DNA from: Microthyrium microscopicum
Lineage: Eukaryota
NCBI GenBank assembly: GCA_010405405.1
Contig: MU004240.1
Coordinates: 1,374,814 to 1,438,813, forward strand
Direction of reading: 5' to 3'
Length of the DNA stretch: 64,000 nt
Every line of letters starts with the position of its first letter. Within the stretch, counting starts at the first letter, position 1. The notes below the pieces were generated by a model. That model had not been told where the DNA came from, did not search any database, and worked only from the letters and a program-made list of their open reading frames with translations. Positions 11,771 to 26,200 of the stretch are shown here, piece after piece. A program made the translations under genes and the position numbers.

Positions 11771-13277
11771 CTATACCTTCGCCTTGATCTTCCAACCAAT
11801 TTGCGCTGTCCGCGAAAAGATGGCGAAAACCACTCCAACGAACCAGGTAACACCCGCAAAGATCTTGAGACCACTGTATCCTCCGCCTTGAGCAGCGACA
11901 ATCGCCCCTGCAATAGGACCGCCAACTAGAACGCCTGTCGAGGAGAAGGCATACATGACTCCAGTACGAACTCCAAGCTGCTTTACATCCGATATAGATG
12001 CGACCATTGCTGGCAGAATAGAAAGTGTGCATCCTGACGCGATTCCATAAAGTACAGCGAATACTATAATCGCAGCGTTACCATGGGCCGTCAGCCATAA
12101 GGCTAGGTCGATAATAGCTCCGAAGGCTGTGAAGGCGATCATGACGTTGAATGTGCCGTACTTGTCGCCTAAATGGGCGGGAACGATTCGTCCAAAGACT
12201 CTGATGTAATTGTTAGACCGAGTTCGGTTTGTATGGATAAATTTACTTACGATCCTGCGTTCAAGATTGGAATCAGATAGCCGGCCAAAGTTGGAGACAT
12301 GCCTTCTTGAATAGCTTGTGCGATGAGGAATTGGAATGGCAGAAAACCACCTAGATATACAAAGAATGCCGAAATAGTGAATATAAGAAAGGGGACTTCA
12401 GCCAATGGAGAGACAAAGTCCTTGAACTTAAACGGTCTCTTGGAAGGTGGAAGACGCGATTTGACCGTGAGATTGCCAAAGATGAGTAGGCCGAATAAAA
12501 GAAACGCAGTGATTCTCATGGTCCAACCGAATCCTACTTTGGGTAGCAAGCGATCTATCATGATCGGTAAATAGATGCCTCCCATGCTAGAGCCGGAGAC
12601 CATGATACCAAAGGCTAGTGCCCGATGTTTAAGGAACCAAGAAGCAGCGGCAGTAATCGCTTGAAACAAATTAGCTAGCACTACATACGTTGAATGGAGC
12701 GAGACTTACTTGGAAAGAATATAAAGCTACATCCTATCGCACTACATATACTTTGCGAGAGAAAGAACTGGTAGTATTCGGTTGAGATTGATGTCATCAT
12801 CAGTCCAAAAATATGCAAGAATGATCCCATGAGAATCGGCCATCGAGGCCCATAGTCGTCTACGAATTTGCCAGCTGCGGTACCCTTATAAACCGTTAGC
12901 TTGATACATGCCATCAGCGACTGAACATACCCAGAAGAAGAGCATGAATGATTGAACCGAGGTAATCCATGCTACTGTACTTGGTGAGTAGTGACTGAGT
13001 TGATGGCTTCCATAGTATTCTTGAAAAACTCCAATACCTTTTGTGTAGGATTAGCAAGCATTCTTTGCTATGAATTGACAGACTTACAGTTTATCCAGCC
13101 AAAGCTGGCGGTCACTGTGCACCAGCCGCCGGCTACAACGAGCCATGCTTCCCAACCACCATCTGGAAAGACTGTGGGATCTGATTTCAACGGTGGTTGT
13201 TGTGCCTTTTCTGCGTCTGTCTCTTTGGAAATTGGGGGTAGACTATCCTTGGAATCGCGGTCTTTTTCAAGATCCAT
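11771..13277 (-). CDS. MFS transporter, monocarboxylate porter (MCH/MCT-like) family, multi-exon
   Basis: [53 protein letters not shown] and GGPIAGAI lie in consecutive minus-strand exons separated by short GT-AG introns (approximately 13038-13087, 12872-12930, 12660-12710, 12202-12250). Confidence 0.9.
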
Positions 13278-14005
13278 CTGCAAGTAGAGAAAGATATGCT
13301 AATAAATATTTCAAAATGGCGTTTAGAGAAGATACTCGAGAGGATAATGAGAAGCGAGTGGACTGGATGGAGCAGACTTAGAGATGATGATGAGTGCTAC
13401 TTGAAGAGAGCGACGAGAGAGCATTTATAGAAAGATTTTGCTACTGTAAGACAGCATTCTCGAGCAAGTGAGTGGAAATACTAGGTACATATCTCCAATT
13501 GGTGACTAACGGAACTCATCATCCCATCCATGCGAACTCGAATCTTGATACCTCAATAGGAATAGGCGTTTGAACACATCGCAGTAGCTTCTTTCGGCGC
13601 GTGAATCGTTCAGTCCCCCGCACGAGAGATCCGATCGCAGGTAATGCAGGTCGAAACTCAGGCGGGAGGCGACAAGATACCGACAGCTACCAGCGACAGG
13701 GAAAAGGGTAGAAATTTGGCGATGATGTTAGAATTACCCCGGCACGCCGCAAATACCCTGCAATGTCGCTCGTGCGATGGTGCCTTTTCGAGTCTAGCGT
13801 AACTCCTTTGCTTGCTTGCTTGTGGCTTGATAGCCCCTTGCGCGCCGGCAGCTTCCGTCTTCAATTACAAACAATTGAATGACTCCTAGAAGGCCGTATC
13901 ACGTATCAACGCAACTCCCCAGGTATATGGTTTTATGAAAGAGATCATCTATGAAGTTCATGCGGTGACGTTGGTCTTGAACAGACTTCACATCCAGAGT
14001 CCAGA

Positions 14006-16260
14006 ATGGTTGGCGTAGCCGGCAAGTCTCAGGCTTGCCATGACTGTAAAAGACGACGAATCAAAGTATAGTGTAAAAGCAGCAATCTGACAGGAACTAC
14101 AACTAATAGTTCACGTAGTGTGATTATCGTAAGCCAACGTGTGAGCGGTGTGAGAGGGCCAATATCGTCTGTAGGGGATACGCGAAATCGCTTGTCTTCA
14201 TCAACAGAACTCAGGATAGTCGTCACATAACAGCAGCTTCAGTTTTGGCAAAGGCAAAGTCTCAACATGGCAGCGACCTTCCGAAAGTTTCTAGCTACGA
14301 TGAAGATATACGACTGCTCTCAGGTCAAATCTCCAGCTCTTCGTACTCTCCTACTCTGTTTCGATTCCATGCAATGGAAGTCATTAAAAAGCTCTACCTC
14401 CCACAGAAACCTCAAGGCAGTCACAACTACGGCATGAATCATATGGCATACATACTCGCACTACACATGCAATGCGAGGCGTTGGACTTTGCGCTATTTG
14501 CCTTCTGTTTGGTACAGGTTCATATCACACAAAGCGGCAGGGTTACCTTCGAGGAAGCATTACAAAACTACAACATAGCATTGCAAAAACTATTATTGTT
14601 GTTAAGAGACGAAAAAGCTGGCCATAATGATGAGACTCTGGCTGCTATTGTAGTACTCTCGACATGTGAAGTATGGCTTTTCCCATTACCAAGCACGATA
14701 GCGAACAATCAGTTAACTGTTTCAGCTGTTTATCTATCCCAACGATCATGGATGGCGTGCTCATGCTGATGGAGTATCGCATATGCTACGAGTACGAGTA
14801 CTATCACAACCTCCAACTAAAGCCTGGCAGGACCTTTGCTCTCGCCTCCATGTGTTATGCGTGAGTGAAAGACCTCTTTCGTGTCAAGATAAGTAAATCA
14901 TGTAGAAGATGTCTACATTGACTACGTTGTCTGCCTCGACACTTCTCAATTAGCAAGAGTTCCAACTCCTGCCAAGTTTGTGAAATACTTACGATGTGAT
15001 TGATTGCAGTCAGAACATCTGGTCTTCAAGAGTGTTATGGCAGACGACGTACTCGATGGAAGACTCCTTCTAAACGGCTTAATTATACTAAAGCCAGAAG
15101 CAGTGCCTATCTGCCTATATACAAAGAGCCATACTAACAATCACTTGTCATTTAAGGTTATCCTGGGTTTAACAAGATCTCGTACTCCTTTATTAGCAAA
15201 CTCTGAATGGTGCAAGGTTATGCAGAAGAGTCCAAACCGGAACAAGTTTGACGAACTGATCAAAATAGTCTCTGACACCCCTAGTCTACTGGAAGAAGCG
15301 GTAGCCATACGTTCGATGACCAGTAGGAAAAACATCACCGCGAGAGCTTCTGTAGTTCTGCGATCTCTAGTGTCCATTGTCCAGACGCTGTTCTCTTGGC
15401 AAGCCGAATTCAGAGCAGTGAGCGAGAAACCGACGTATTGGGCGGTGCCGTCGGTAAAGTTCTTCTCTTCAAATACAACCCATGGAAAAATACCTGGCGT
15501 GCTCTTATCAGCCTCGCTGGCCCCCATATGCTACGCTCTGTTATTGAGTGCTTTATTTTCCAAGACGGTGCCGGTTTCTAGACTACTTCTGCCGAGAGTA
15601 CAGCTTCTTTCCTTGAGTAGATATGGTGGAAGCATGCCATTCGTTCTGCCAGTCCAATCGAAGCTTAGATTCCTATTCACTAACGAAGCTCAGGTGCTAC
15701 ATAATCCTTCTGATGATTCATATCAAAACCAGCTTTTTCCGTTCACTCTTGAATTCGAGTCTTTGAACAGCGCAATTCTCTTCGTACTCTCATGGGCAGT
15801 TATGGTTCAAGCTCTTGATAACATAGTCTGCTTCCTCCAGGTCCAGTATTAACCCAGTCTTGCTAACAGGCGGCAGATTCTGCTGTATAACGAAGTTTAC
15901 CCTGCCGGGAATCCCAGCATCAAAGATGTCCTCAATCTAGACCATCAAAACACGCCAGCTACAACCCCAGAGAGCACCGAGAGTGTTGTTGCACCAACAC
16001 TGCAGCTGGATTCGATAGAAGCCATCATATCGGAAGCCGACAAGTTCGCTCGATATCTATGTCAGAGTATCGAATTTTGCCATCGCGTTGAGTGTGGAAC
16101 TTTAGGGCCACAGTGCACATATTATGCTCAGTTTGTGATACGACGGCATTATCAGCAGCTATCGCGCTATGAGCGGGAGCTTTCATGGTGTTTGAACATT
16201 GTAAATATGCGTGGACCTGGGTCTAGATGTGGCATAAACTTAATGAGCTTTGAAGACTAG
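14006..16260 (+). CDS. Zn(II)2Cys6 fungal transcription factor, multi-exon
   Basis: Exon 1 MVGVAGKSQACHDCKRRRIK, intron 14066-14118, then CDYRKPTCERCERANIVCRGY completes the six-Cys cluster. Further introns at 14671-14725, 14861-15156, 15454-15693 and one ending at 15876 (donor uncertain). Last exon ends ...MSFED* at 16260. The DNA-binding domain is absent from the ORF track. Confidence 0.85.
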
Positions 16261-16487
16261 AGCAAGCACGTTAAACCTTCTCAAGGCTTATCTAATTGTT
16301 CGGTCATCCAGGGCTGACGAATTGACTTCAACGGCGGTATAAGCTGATATACGAACGTGAATACATGAGATTACGTTCAACAAACGTGGTATTACTAACG
16401 CTTTCAATTTGGCTAAATTGCGAAATGGTATCTCGCTCAACGACATGACTGAAACAACAATTTGATGAACAACTTCATGCAAACGCT

Positions 16488-18076
16488 TCAAAGAATATCC
16501 CCCTCCGCTGTGCCTTCGTCAGCTTCCATATCGCCAGATGCAATAGCCTTTTCGATATCACACTCGACATCACCCAATGCATCTGCCTGCTTGCCAGAAA
16601 CCATCCCGCTATCCTTTTCCCAATCTTTCTGTGTCTTGATCGATGAAGTGCTACCCTTTCTGGCCTTGCCGCCTTTGCTTGCAGACTTGGATCGGCCCCG
16701 CTTAGGTGAAGGTGGAGCACTGGGTTCTTCCGCAACTTGGGCGAGAGCCAGTCGACTGGCTTCAGAGCGCGGAATATTCCTAGATTTGGCGCTGTGATGA
16801 CGGTTGTCGTGAAAGTCGCTGTCATCGGACGTTTCAGCCGGGCTACCAATGCCAGACTGGCTACCTCCACCATCGCGTCCGCCGCGCAGATGAGCATGGC
16901 GAGCGATTAGAGTGACAGGTTCTTCACCATCCGCCTCATCTGCGGACGAGCCATCCGGTACCGGGTTTTCGGGTTCTTGGTTATCGGAGGGGCCGGTCTT
17001 TTCATAGTCATGGAGGATGGTACTGCTTGTGAAGCGCATGATACTCTTCGATCTAAGAGACGTGCTGAGATCTTGCGCAGCGATTGGATTATCGTCAGAG
17101 TCCGCAGCTCCACCTTTTTCATTCTCGTTTTCCTTTTCTTGTTTACCAAGGTTGAATGTGCTGGTGCGTTTTGTTTTGCGTGGGAATACCATTTTGCCGT
17201 GATTACAGCCCATAGCACAACCGCCCCATCGTCTGCCGCTTGAGTGCTGCGGGTCAGCTGGAGGAGCAGCGTCTCCGTTAGTTCGACGATGCAGCTCTGA
17301 CCATGTACGAAGGGTTGTTTGTAGCGCATACTTGTTCTTGTCATCACGTTCCATGGTGATGAATTCGCAGTGGTGGATATTGCGTAAATCTTCAAAGTAT
17401 TCGACGCTCCAGTGGTACCATTTCATTAAGAAAACGCGCGTCATGAGGCCATGTGTGACCAGAACGCAGACGCTGGGGAAATCCTCGTCTCCGAATTGAC
17501 GCCAGAGAGACTCGTTGAAACCACTAATACGGTCATAGGCGTCCGCAGCACTCTCTCCGTCTGGAATACGATAGAAGAAATGACCATAGTCAGCACGTTC
17601 TTGCCACATGCGCTCCATTTCGGTGCTACCTGAACGATTGTCAGAGTCAAACTTAGCTGGGACTGCAATGTTGCTTACAAGGTTGGAAGTTTCCAAAATC
17701 TTGCTCACGAAGTCTTGGTTCTTCATAGACTGTGATGTTGTCTCGTTGAAATGGAGATTTCCCTTCATCGTCATCCGAGGTCAGAGTTCGCAGAATACCT
17801 TCAGTTGTTTCTCTCGTCCTACGATAAGGTGATGTGAATATTCTTATGGTGTCGTCTTTCCGCAGCAATGTTCTCAGTCTTTTGCCAGCATCTTCGGCTT
17901 GTCCCCATCCTTCTTGAGTAAGCTTGACTCGATGATCGGGGATATATTGATGAATGTCTCTGTTTTTATTGCCTTCAGATTGGGCATGTCGCACGAGAAT
18001 AATCAGCTGTTTTCAATTAGACTTGGCCTGAAAGCTCTGGGACGTTCGACTTTTCACCTACCCTTGGCCTACCCAT
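16488..18076 (-). CDS. Histidine phosphatase / phosphoglycerate mutase family protein (Det1-like) with disordered C-terminus
   Basis: MGRPR (intron 18007-18061) LIILVRHAQSEGN catalytic motif, SPYRRTRET, EEPRLREQDFGNFQ, intron ~17629-17679, GESAADAYDR, LVTHGL. Confidence 0.9.
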
Positions 18077-21000
18077 AATGCTACAGCTCTTTTATTTGAA
18101 ATTGATGGAGTTCAAAGACTTGGTGGTGGCGTAGAGCGTTTATCACAAATGATGTCAGCTCCAAAAATCTCACTAGCTAGACGTTCTTCGAGTTTGCTCT
18201 GAGAAGCAAATATGGAAACAAACGAGCGTAGAACAAAAGGCTTTGTTCAACCTAAAAGGTATGACTGAGTGGCAAGAAGCAAATACAGAATGCTGTCAAA
18301 AATCACTCGACTGTAAAGCCTGATGAGAGCTTATGAGATAGTCTGATGTCCTGATTTCTAGCAGCGAAGCTACGTATTCTAGTCAGAGCCGTCGTCTTTT
18401 GTCTCGGACCTAGTTGAAAAGAGTGGAATGTGAAGAATATACCGCGGTCCAGAGGTATGTAACGAGATCAGGCCAAGCTCCAGATGAGCGCCGAGATGGA
18501 TTAGAGTTGGGTTGGCGCGGCCTTTGACGCCTCTGATTCGTTGAAGTTCCTCTTGTGCTGAGTAAGCATCAAATAAGCGTAGGGGTATGTGCAGTAGAGG
18601 CGTGGTAGTGATCCAAAAATCTCATTAGCAACCGTGGAGTATAGTAAATATATAGAGATCTATCTTTATAAAGATCTAGTGGTTTTACTATTTAGTTTAA
18701 GTAGATTCTTTACGGATAGTAAGATCTACTTAAGAGTAATAAATACTAGATATTAGATAATAGTAGACATCTAAAAAGTAGACTAGAGTTCTAGTAAGTA
18801 AATAACCCTCTATTTATTTTAATATCTATATAGATAAGCATCTAATAGCTCTTTAGGAGTCTAACTTGTTAGTAAGCCTCTAATTCTTTTAGTATTTATA
18901 AGAATAAGCATCTAATAGCCTCTTTAGGCTTTAGTGCTTAATTAGACCTAAAATTAGATTATAGAGGCTTACTAGTCTATACTTAAAACTTTAACTTTAA
19001 CTCTGACTTTAAGATTACGACTATAGATTTTAGATAGAAATTTAAGTAAGTAGAACTAGATTTTGCCTTATCTTTACTACTATATTTTTACTATATTTAT
19101 CCCTTCCTACGTTATCTATTTTTAAACGTTTTTATAACTCCCTTTTTTTACTTCTTAGTAATGTTCTATGCTATGTAGAGATAGATAAGACTAGAGTTTT
19201 ACTAGTAATACTAGTCGCTTATATAAGTAGTTTAAATTAAATTAAACTATCTTAAACTTTTATATTTATTTTAGCTACTTCTATATCTTTCTTATTAAAC
19301 TATTATATATATATCTTATTATATTATTGCTACTATTTAACTTAATCTACTTATATAGCTAGATCTTTAATCTTAATTTTAATTTTAATTTTAATATTAA
19401 TACTTATACTAATGCTCTAATACTACTAATTACTTATAATAATAAGTAGCTAATATAATATAGAAGAAGTGTAGAGCAATTTATAATAGCCTTAAAAAAG
19501 GATTAGCTACCTATCTATTAACTAAGTAGTTAAAGGCTAATAATACTATACTAGCTAAGGCTAATAAGAAAACTACTACTATTTAAAAAGCTAAGCGTGC
19601 TACTACGCGTACTACTATAAGTAACATTAATCTATTACTTACTAGCGCTAGTAGTAGCAATAATAAAGATAATAATAATAATAATAAAGAGGTTATTATA
19701 GATAGCTAGAACGTAGCTAAATAGAATATAAGTATTTAATTCCTTTTTATATTTATATTATATTTATATAACTTATATTACATTATATTATAATATATAG
19801 TATTACAATATATAGCATTATATTATACTATAGCTTAATGCTTATTATTTTATAATAATATTACGCTTTGCTATATATATATATGCTAAATATAAATATA
19901 GAAATTAAATTACATTTCGCACTAGGATACCTTCTTATATAGCTTCTTTAACTTTATAATAGAGTTAGTAAACAAATGCTAGCTAGTCTCCTAGTATTTA
20001 GATTATATAGACTAGACGTATACTTATACGCTTTTTATAAGTAATATAAATTGTTTTTAGAACTAGACTCTAGATGCTTCTAAAGTAAGTTATTATAATC
20101 TTTAGTCTTAATATATTCTAGCTATCTTCTTTATTAATTAACTATACTTTAATTTATATATTTACCTTAACTTAGGTTTAAATCTTTATTAATATAAATA
20201 TTTAAATTAAAGTATACTTAGATAATAGAGTAGATAGAGTATAGTATTTAATTATAAAGCAAGTAGCTAATGTAAGGTAGAAATATATAAAGAAGCAAAT
20301 TACTATTATTACTTCTCTTTATACAATAAGTAGTAATGCTAAGATATATATAGATATATATATAGAGCATTTCCTAGGCGCCTTTTCTACGTCCTCTTTC
20401 TTAGCCTACTAGCCTTAAATATTAGCTTACGTTAACCTTAAAAAGTCCTCTAATAAAGTACTTACCTTTTACTACTATATATAAACCTATAGTAATTTAA
20501 CCTTATATATACTATATTCTAAGTTTGCTATTATAAATCTCTTTATTAACTAGTATTATACTACTATGCGCTAAATTAAGGCTAGTAATACTAGCTTAAA
20601 TATTACTAATAAGTAATAAAATTATATTAATATATATTATCTTACATACTCTATAAATAAGTATAATAACGTTAGTTATTACTTATTTAATAAGACGTTT
20701 AACTAAGTAAAAGATTAACGTACTAAGCATAAGAGAAAGGACTATACTAAAGTCTAAAAGAGGATAAAGGTATTTAAAATACCTTTACCTAGTTAATTTA
20801 TAGCTAGTAAACTTACTAGTTAGTTCTTATTATTTCTTAACATTTTGTCTATAGGTATTTCTCTATTTTTAACTTCTCTTTTCTTAACATTTTGCCTATA
20901 GGTATTTCTTTATTTTAGTGTTTTAGTATTTTAGTAGTTAGAACTTATCTAAAAAGTTAGTTTCTCTCTTAATCTAAAAAAGGAGTTATATTAGATACCC

Positions 21001-23227
21001 TAGCATAACGTTACGTTTCCTAGTTTCTAGAGTTTTCTTTTGGACGTTTTTTTAACCTTATTTTATAGAGTTTTTTTATAAAGTTTTTTATGCATTGTTT
21101 TATTATTAATTTTATATAGTGTAGTATAGTATACCTCTTTTTATAGGGTACGTAATAGAGTTATGTTTTATTATACTTTATCTTTTTATATTCTCTCTTC
21201 TTCTCTATAAGGTACTTACTATAAATATACTCTTTATTACTATAACTATATTCTTTATAATAGTGTTCTCTATACTAGCGTTCTAATTCCTTTAAAGTAT
21301 TTTAATAACCTTTAAGACTAAAGCCTAGAGTACTAGCTAACTTATTACTCTTACTAGGGCATTAATATAACTATAATTAGTTATAGTGCTAGTATAACTT
21401 ACAAAGTAGCTATACTATATCTTAAAGATCTTAACTATAATAATATTAAAACTAGCTTAGTAACTAGTAGTTTAACTTTATTAGTTCATTTCTCTTTATA
21501 AACTAGTAGCTAATACCTTCTTCTTAAAAAGCAGTATTTAATATATTTAGATTAGGGGTATATATTTAATTAGGCTCTCTAATAAAGTAATAGTAGCTTA
21601 GCTTTACGTACTAATATAAGTTAGATAGGAATTAATCTAGCTAAAGTAAGAGTCTTAAATAAAGATTAAGAATATAATTAAAAAAACCTATATACGTAAT
21701 TATATTATACTATAGGTAAGTTATATTACTAACTACTCTTTAATACTATTAAGCTAATAGTCTATTAGATTAAGGATAACGTTTAAGGCGTATAGTACTA
21801 GCGCTTTAAGAGTCTTACTCTTAGGAAAACTAGCGCTTATAGTATTATTAAGTTAAAGTTATAGAAGATATAATAGTAGTTGTATTAAGGTCTAAAACTA
21901 TAGTTAAGTATAAAGATGATACTAGAAGTATTTAATATATAAAAAAGAGTATAGCATTAGATAGTATATATTTATTATTTATTTAATTTAGAATTATTAT
22001 TATAGACTTAACTATCCTACTACTATTAAGCCTTTATTACTTTTAAAGGCTTCCTTCCTTTCTCTAAATATTTCTATAGATACTTTTGCTTTAACTTATT
22101 GCTTAAATAAATAGGCCTTTAACTATACTAATGTCTTTATATTCTCTAACTACTCTATCCCTAGTATTAAACTCATTATCTCTTTAAGGCGACTAATAGC
22201 TTCTTAAACTATAGTATTATTTAGATTAAGATAGCTAATAATAATAACCTATAAGGCCTTACTAGTTAGAGTAGGTAGAGAAGTAGGTAGCGTATTAAAC
22301 GCCATAACTAGATTAATATAATCTAGATAGCTAAGGCTAATAGCGCCTTCTAATGCTATACTTAATAAAGGAGGAGATAATCCTAGAGAAGGAGAAAAGG
22401 AGAGTAGAAATAGTGCTTATAAGGATATGTTTAATTTAGTAGAGTTTATAGATATTGTTTATAGTATTAATTAATATAATTTAAGGTATATAGTTAAAAT
22501 CTCTAATTTTTAATTTATCTAAGTCTTTATACTTACTATAGATTAATTTATTATGCCTTCCTTACTCTACGTTTGCTAAGCCTATTTAGCTTTACGAAGT
22601 TTATAGGCAATTTTGCTATTAAATTACTAGGTAGTAGTAATTAATTACTATAATTTATTTATATTAATATTAGCTATAATGAACTTATTCTATTAAAAAC
22701 ATAATAAGAGCAATTGATTAGAGTTATAGTAGTATATTAGTAAATCTAGATATAAAGAAAAATCTAGGTAGCTTTATTATTATTACTCCTAATTAGTGTA
22801 TAAGGCTAAGGTTACTATAATTGCTAAAGTCTAATTAGCTATACTCTAGGTACTTGCCTAAAATAAAGAGATATACGTAGAAATAAAGAAATACTTACAT
22901 AAAATAGAAGAGTACTTACTAAGATAAGGTACTACTTACTAAGAAAGCCTTAGTACTTACTAAGTTTAGTAAGTATAATACTAAAAATTGCTAAAAAATT
23001 TCTATAATTAGTAATTATAATACCTTAATTTTAGTAATTATAATAAATACGTAAAATCTATAAAATTAAAACCTTACTAAAATAATTTCTACTACTAAAA
23101 CTTAACTTTATTACTATTAACTAAATATACTTAAAAATTTTTAGCTATTCCTATTACCTACTAGTCGCTATAGAGCAAAATATTATATTTTTAGCCTTAT
23201 AATAGGCATTTATTAAGTAGTAAGTAA

Positions 23228-26200
23228 ATGAAATCATTACCTAGGAGGCCTAAAAGTAGTAAAACTAATATTAAATTATAGTATCTTTATTATAAGTTAC
23301 TACCTTATTAGTAGTAGCGTTATAATTAAGATGCCTTATAATCCTATTACTACTATCTAATTTACTAATAAGAAGAAGACTATTACTAAAGCTTTAGTAG
23401 CTACTTCTTATAAGTATGCTTATATTAAGTCTAGTAAGTTTGCTAAAGGCGCTAGTAGAGGAAATTAAGATAATAATAAGCTATTTAGTAAGTACTAGAC
23501 TATAGGCTTTAAAGACGTAAAGGATTTTATTAAAGATAATCTTATAACAAAAATAATAAGCCTTAAATTAGTGCTAAAAAGCTTCTTTAGTTTCTAATAC
23601 TACTTTAGGATAAGAATAAACTCTATAAAACTATACTTAACTTTTAAGCTACTATAGAGAACGCTAAACTTAATACTATTAAAGGTATTAATACTATATA
23701 ACTCTAAACCTTAGTTAAGATAGTAGACATTATAGATAAAGACTTTCTCCCTATTAATAATATACCTACTATTAATTTAGATATAGAAGATAAAGAGCCT
23801 ACTACGCCTAAATTAACTACTACTCTATTAATTCTTATTAATAATCCTCTTACTATCTACCTATAAGTAATGACTATAGAAGGCAACTCTTTTATAGTAG
23901 TTACTACCCCTAATAAATTTTGTAATATTATAAAGTCTTTAATTAATATATTTACTATAGTAATAAGTATATAGGCTAAGCAAAACTAAGTTAGTTAAAT
24001 TGCTTATAAATCCTTTGCTATTATAATTAAAAAGTACGCTACTCTAGAAGCTATTATAGCTTTACTAAATACTTTAGATACTCTAAATAATTAAGTTAAA
24101 GCTTATTTTTTAGTAATCTAGGTTTATAAAGTTCCTATCTAAGTTAATTTAGAGTAAGTCTCTTTATTATCTACTATAAAGTAAAAGCAAAAGTAAGCTA
24201 ATAAACTTATAGATTTTATCTACTTTCTAAACCTAATTAATATCTTTATATTATTACTTTCTTATTCTAGTTTTATCCTAAAGCTTTACCTTAACTTTAC
24301 TAAGTTTTATAATAATAATAAGGGTACTAAGTTATAGTATAATAAAGTATAGGTATTATCTATTTATATTACTACTAGATACTTTACTAATATTCTTCTT
24401 CTTATAAAGAATAAGAAGACACTAGTACTACTATTAGAATTTGTATTCTATTACTATAATAAGTATAGTTGTACCTATAAAGGTATAACTTCTACTCTTT
24501 AGATTAGCTACTATTCTAGTCTTTATATTAGTTAAGTACTTATAGTAGGTTAAGATATATATTCTACTCGTAATAATAGCTCTATATTAGGATAAGTTAT
24601 CCTTAAGATTTAGTATATAATTTTCTAAATAAAGGTACTAAAAGAATACTAGACTATTACTTATAACTATATAAAGTAAAATAAGGCCTATAGTAACGCT
24701 ATAGTAGATATTATTAATAAGTATAAAGCTAAATAGAAAGAAGTCTTAAGCTAGAAAGATAGCTACGTAATCTAGCCTTACTAGAAAGGTCCTTATAGTA
24801 AAAAGAATTATATACTTAACCTTCTAATCCGTTTTAGATTCTTACCTTTATTTTTTATAGATGCTAGTAAATATATTATTAATAAGTGTAACGTTACGTA
24901 TATTACTAAGGATAATGCTATGTATCTATTTATAGCAAAAGAATATAATAGAAATACTATTAATATTTATTATTAGTAGACTATAAATTATTAATATGAT
25001 TCTAGTATTATTCTTTCTTCTAATATTATTATCCTAGAAAAGACTATAAATAATACTAATAAGCTATATATTTACTATATTTAGAATAGTAAAACTAAGT
25101 CTATTTACCTACTAGCTATATCTAATCCTATTATAGGTAAATTAGAAATTAAGCACTTTAGCTACAAGGAACTTATATAATTGCTAATTCTCTTAAAGCG
25201 CTATATTATTACTTTCTTAATATTAGTATTCTTAAATAGCTTTAGTTTATACTATAATATATTTAGAACTCTTATAAGTATCTATCTCTTCTCTACTAGG
25301 CTTACTACTATTAAGCGTAATTAACTTATTAATACTCTTATAGTTACCTTAAGACTATTTAGTAGTAATACTACCTAGCTTATTAATACTATAGAGCAGT
25401 TCTTTAAGAAGCTTAGTCATAGCATTAATATTAATATTAATAGTAAGCTTGTTTATATTATTAGCTTTATCTAGGCCTTTATTAGCAATATGCTATAGTA
25501 ATAGTATAATGCTAGAATAAAAGGAGCTATAGCTAAGAAGGATTACTAATTCTATATAATTAAGGATGTTAAACGCTAGCTCTTTTAATTTAATAAAGAG
25601 ATATATAGTTATTATGCCTATAAAGTTAAGCATATAGTAACTTTCTATAATACTATTATTTGTACTAATATAGCTAAAGAATGCTACTTAATAGTAACTA
25701 GTATAAACTTAGATAGTTATTACTTAACTTAAATTGTGCTAGTATTAAACCCTATTTAAATACGTTCTATTAACTTTACTTACTTTAAGCTCTCTAGTAT
25801 TAGTAAGTATACTTATTTCTTACTTATTAAGAGATTATTTAAGAAGGCTAGTGCTTATAAGTATATTAAGATCTTATCTACGTTCTTATTCCTAACTAGC
25901 TAAGGCTATCTAACTAATTCTATGTATTATCTTAATAACTATAATATATAGGAGCATAGCTATTAGTTTATTATAGTGCCTAACCTACTTTATCTCTAGC
26001 TTTGTTTAGCGTATCTTTATAGTAACCTCCTTCCTAGTATCTATATAGTGTTTAATATTAATATTAAGTAATTAAGAGATTAAGGTTATCTTTACTATAG
26101 CAAAGCTAGTATTATTAACTTTCTTATTTTACTCTTTACTAATATTACTTAATCTAACCTTATTCTTTTAAGTAATTTATTAACTACTAAGTAATACTAT

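Noticed and set aside
19700..19930. Possible MITE or pogo-type insert within the large element
   Set aside because: The apparent inverted similarity is mostly low-complexity TA sequence; no convincing TIR or TSD.
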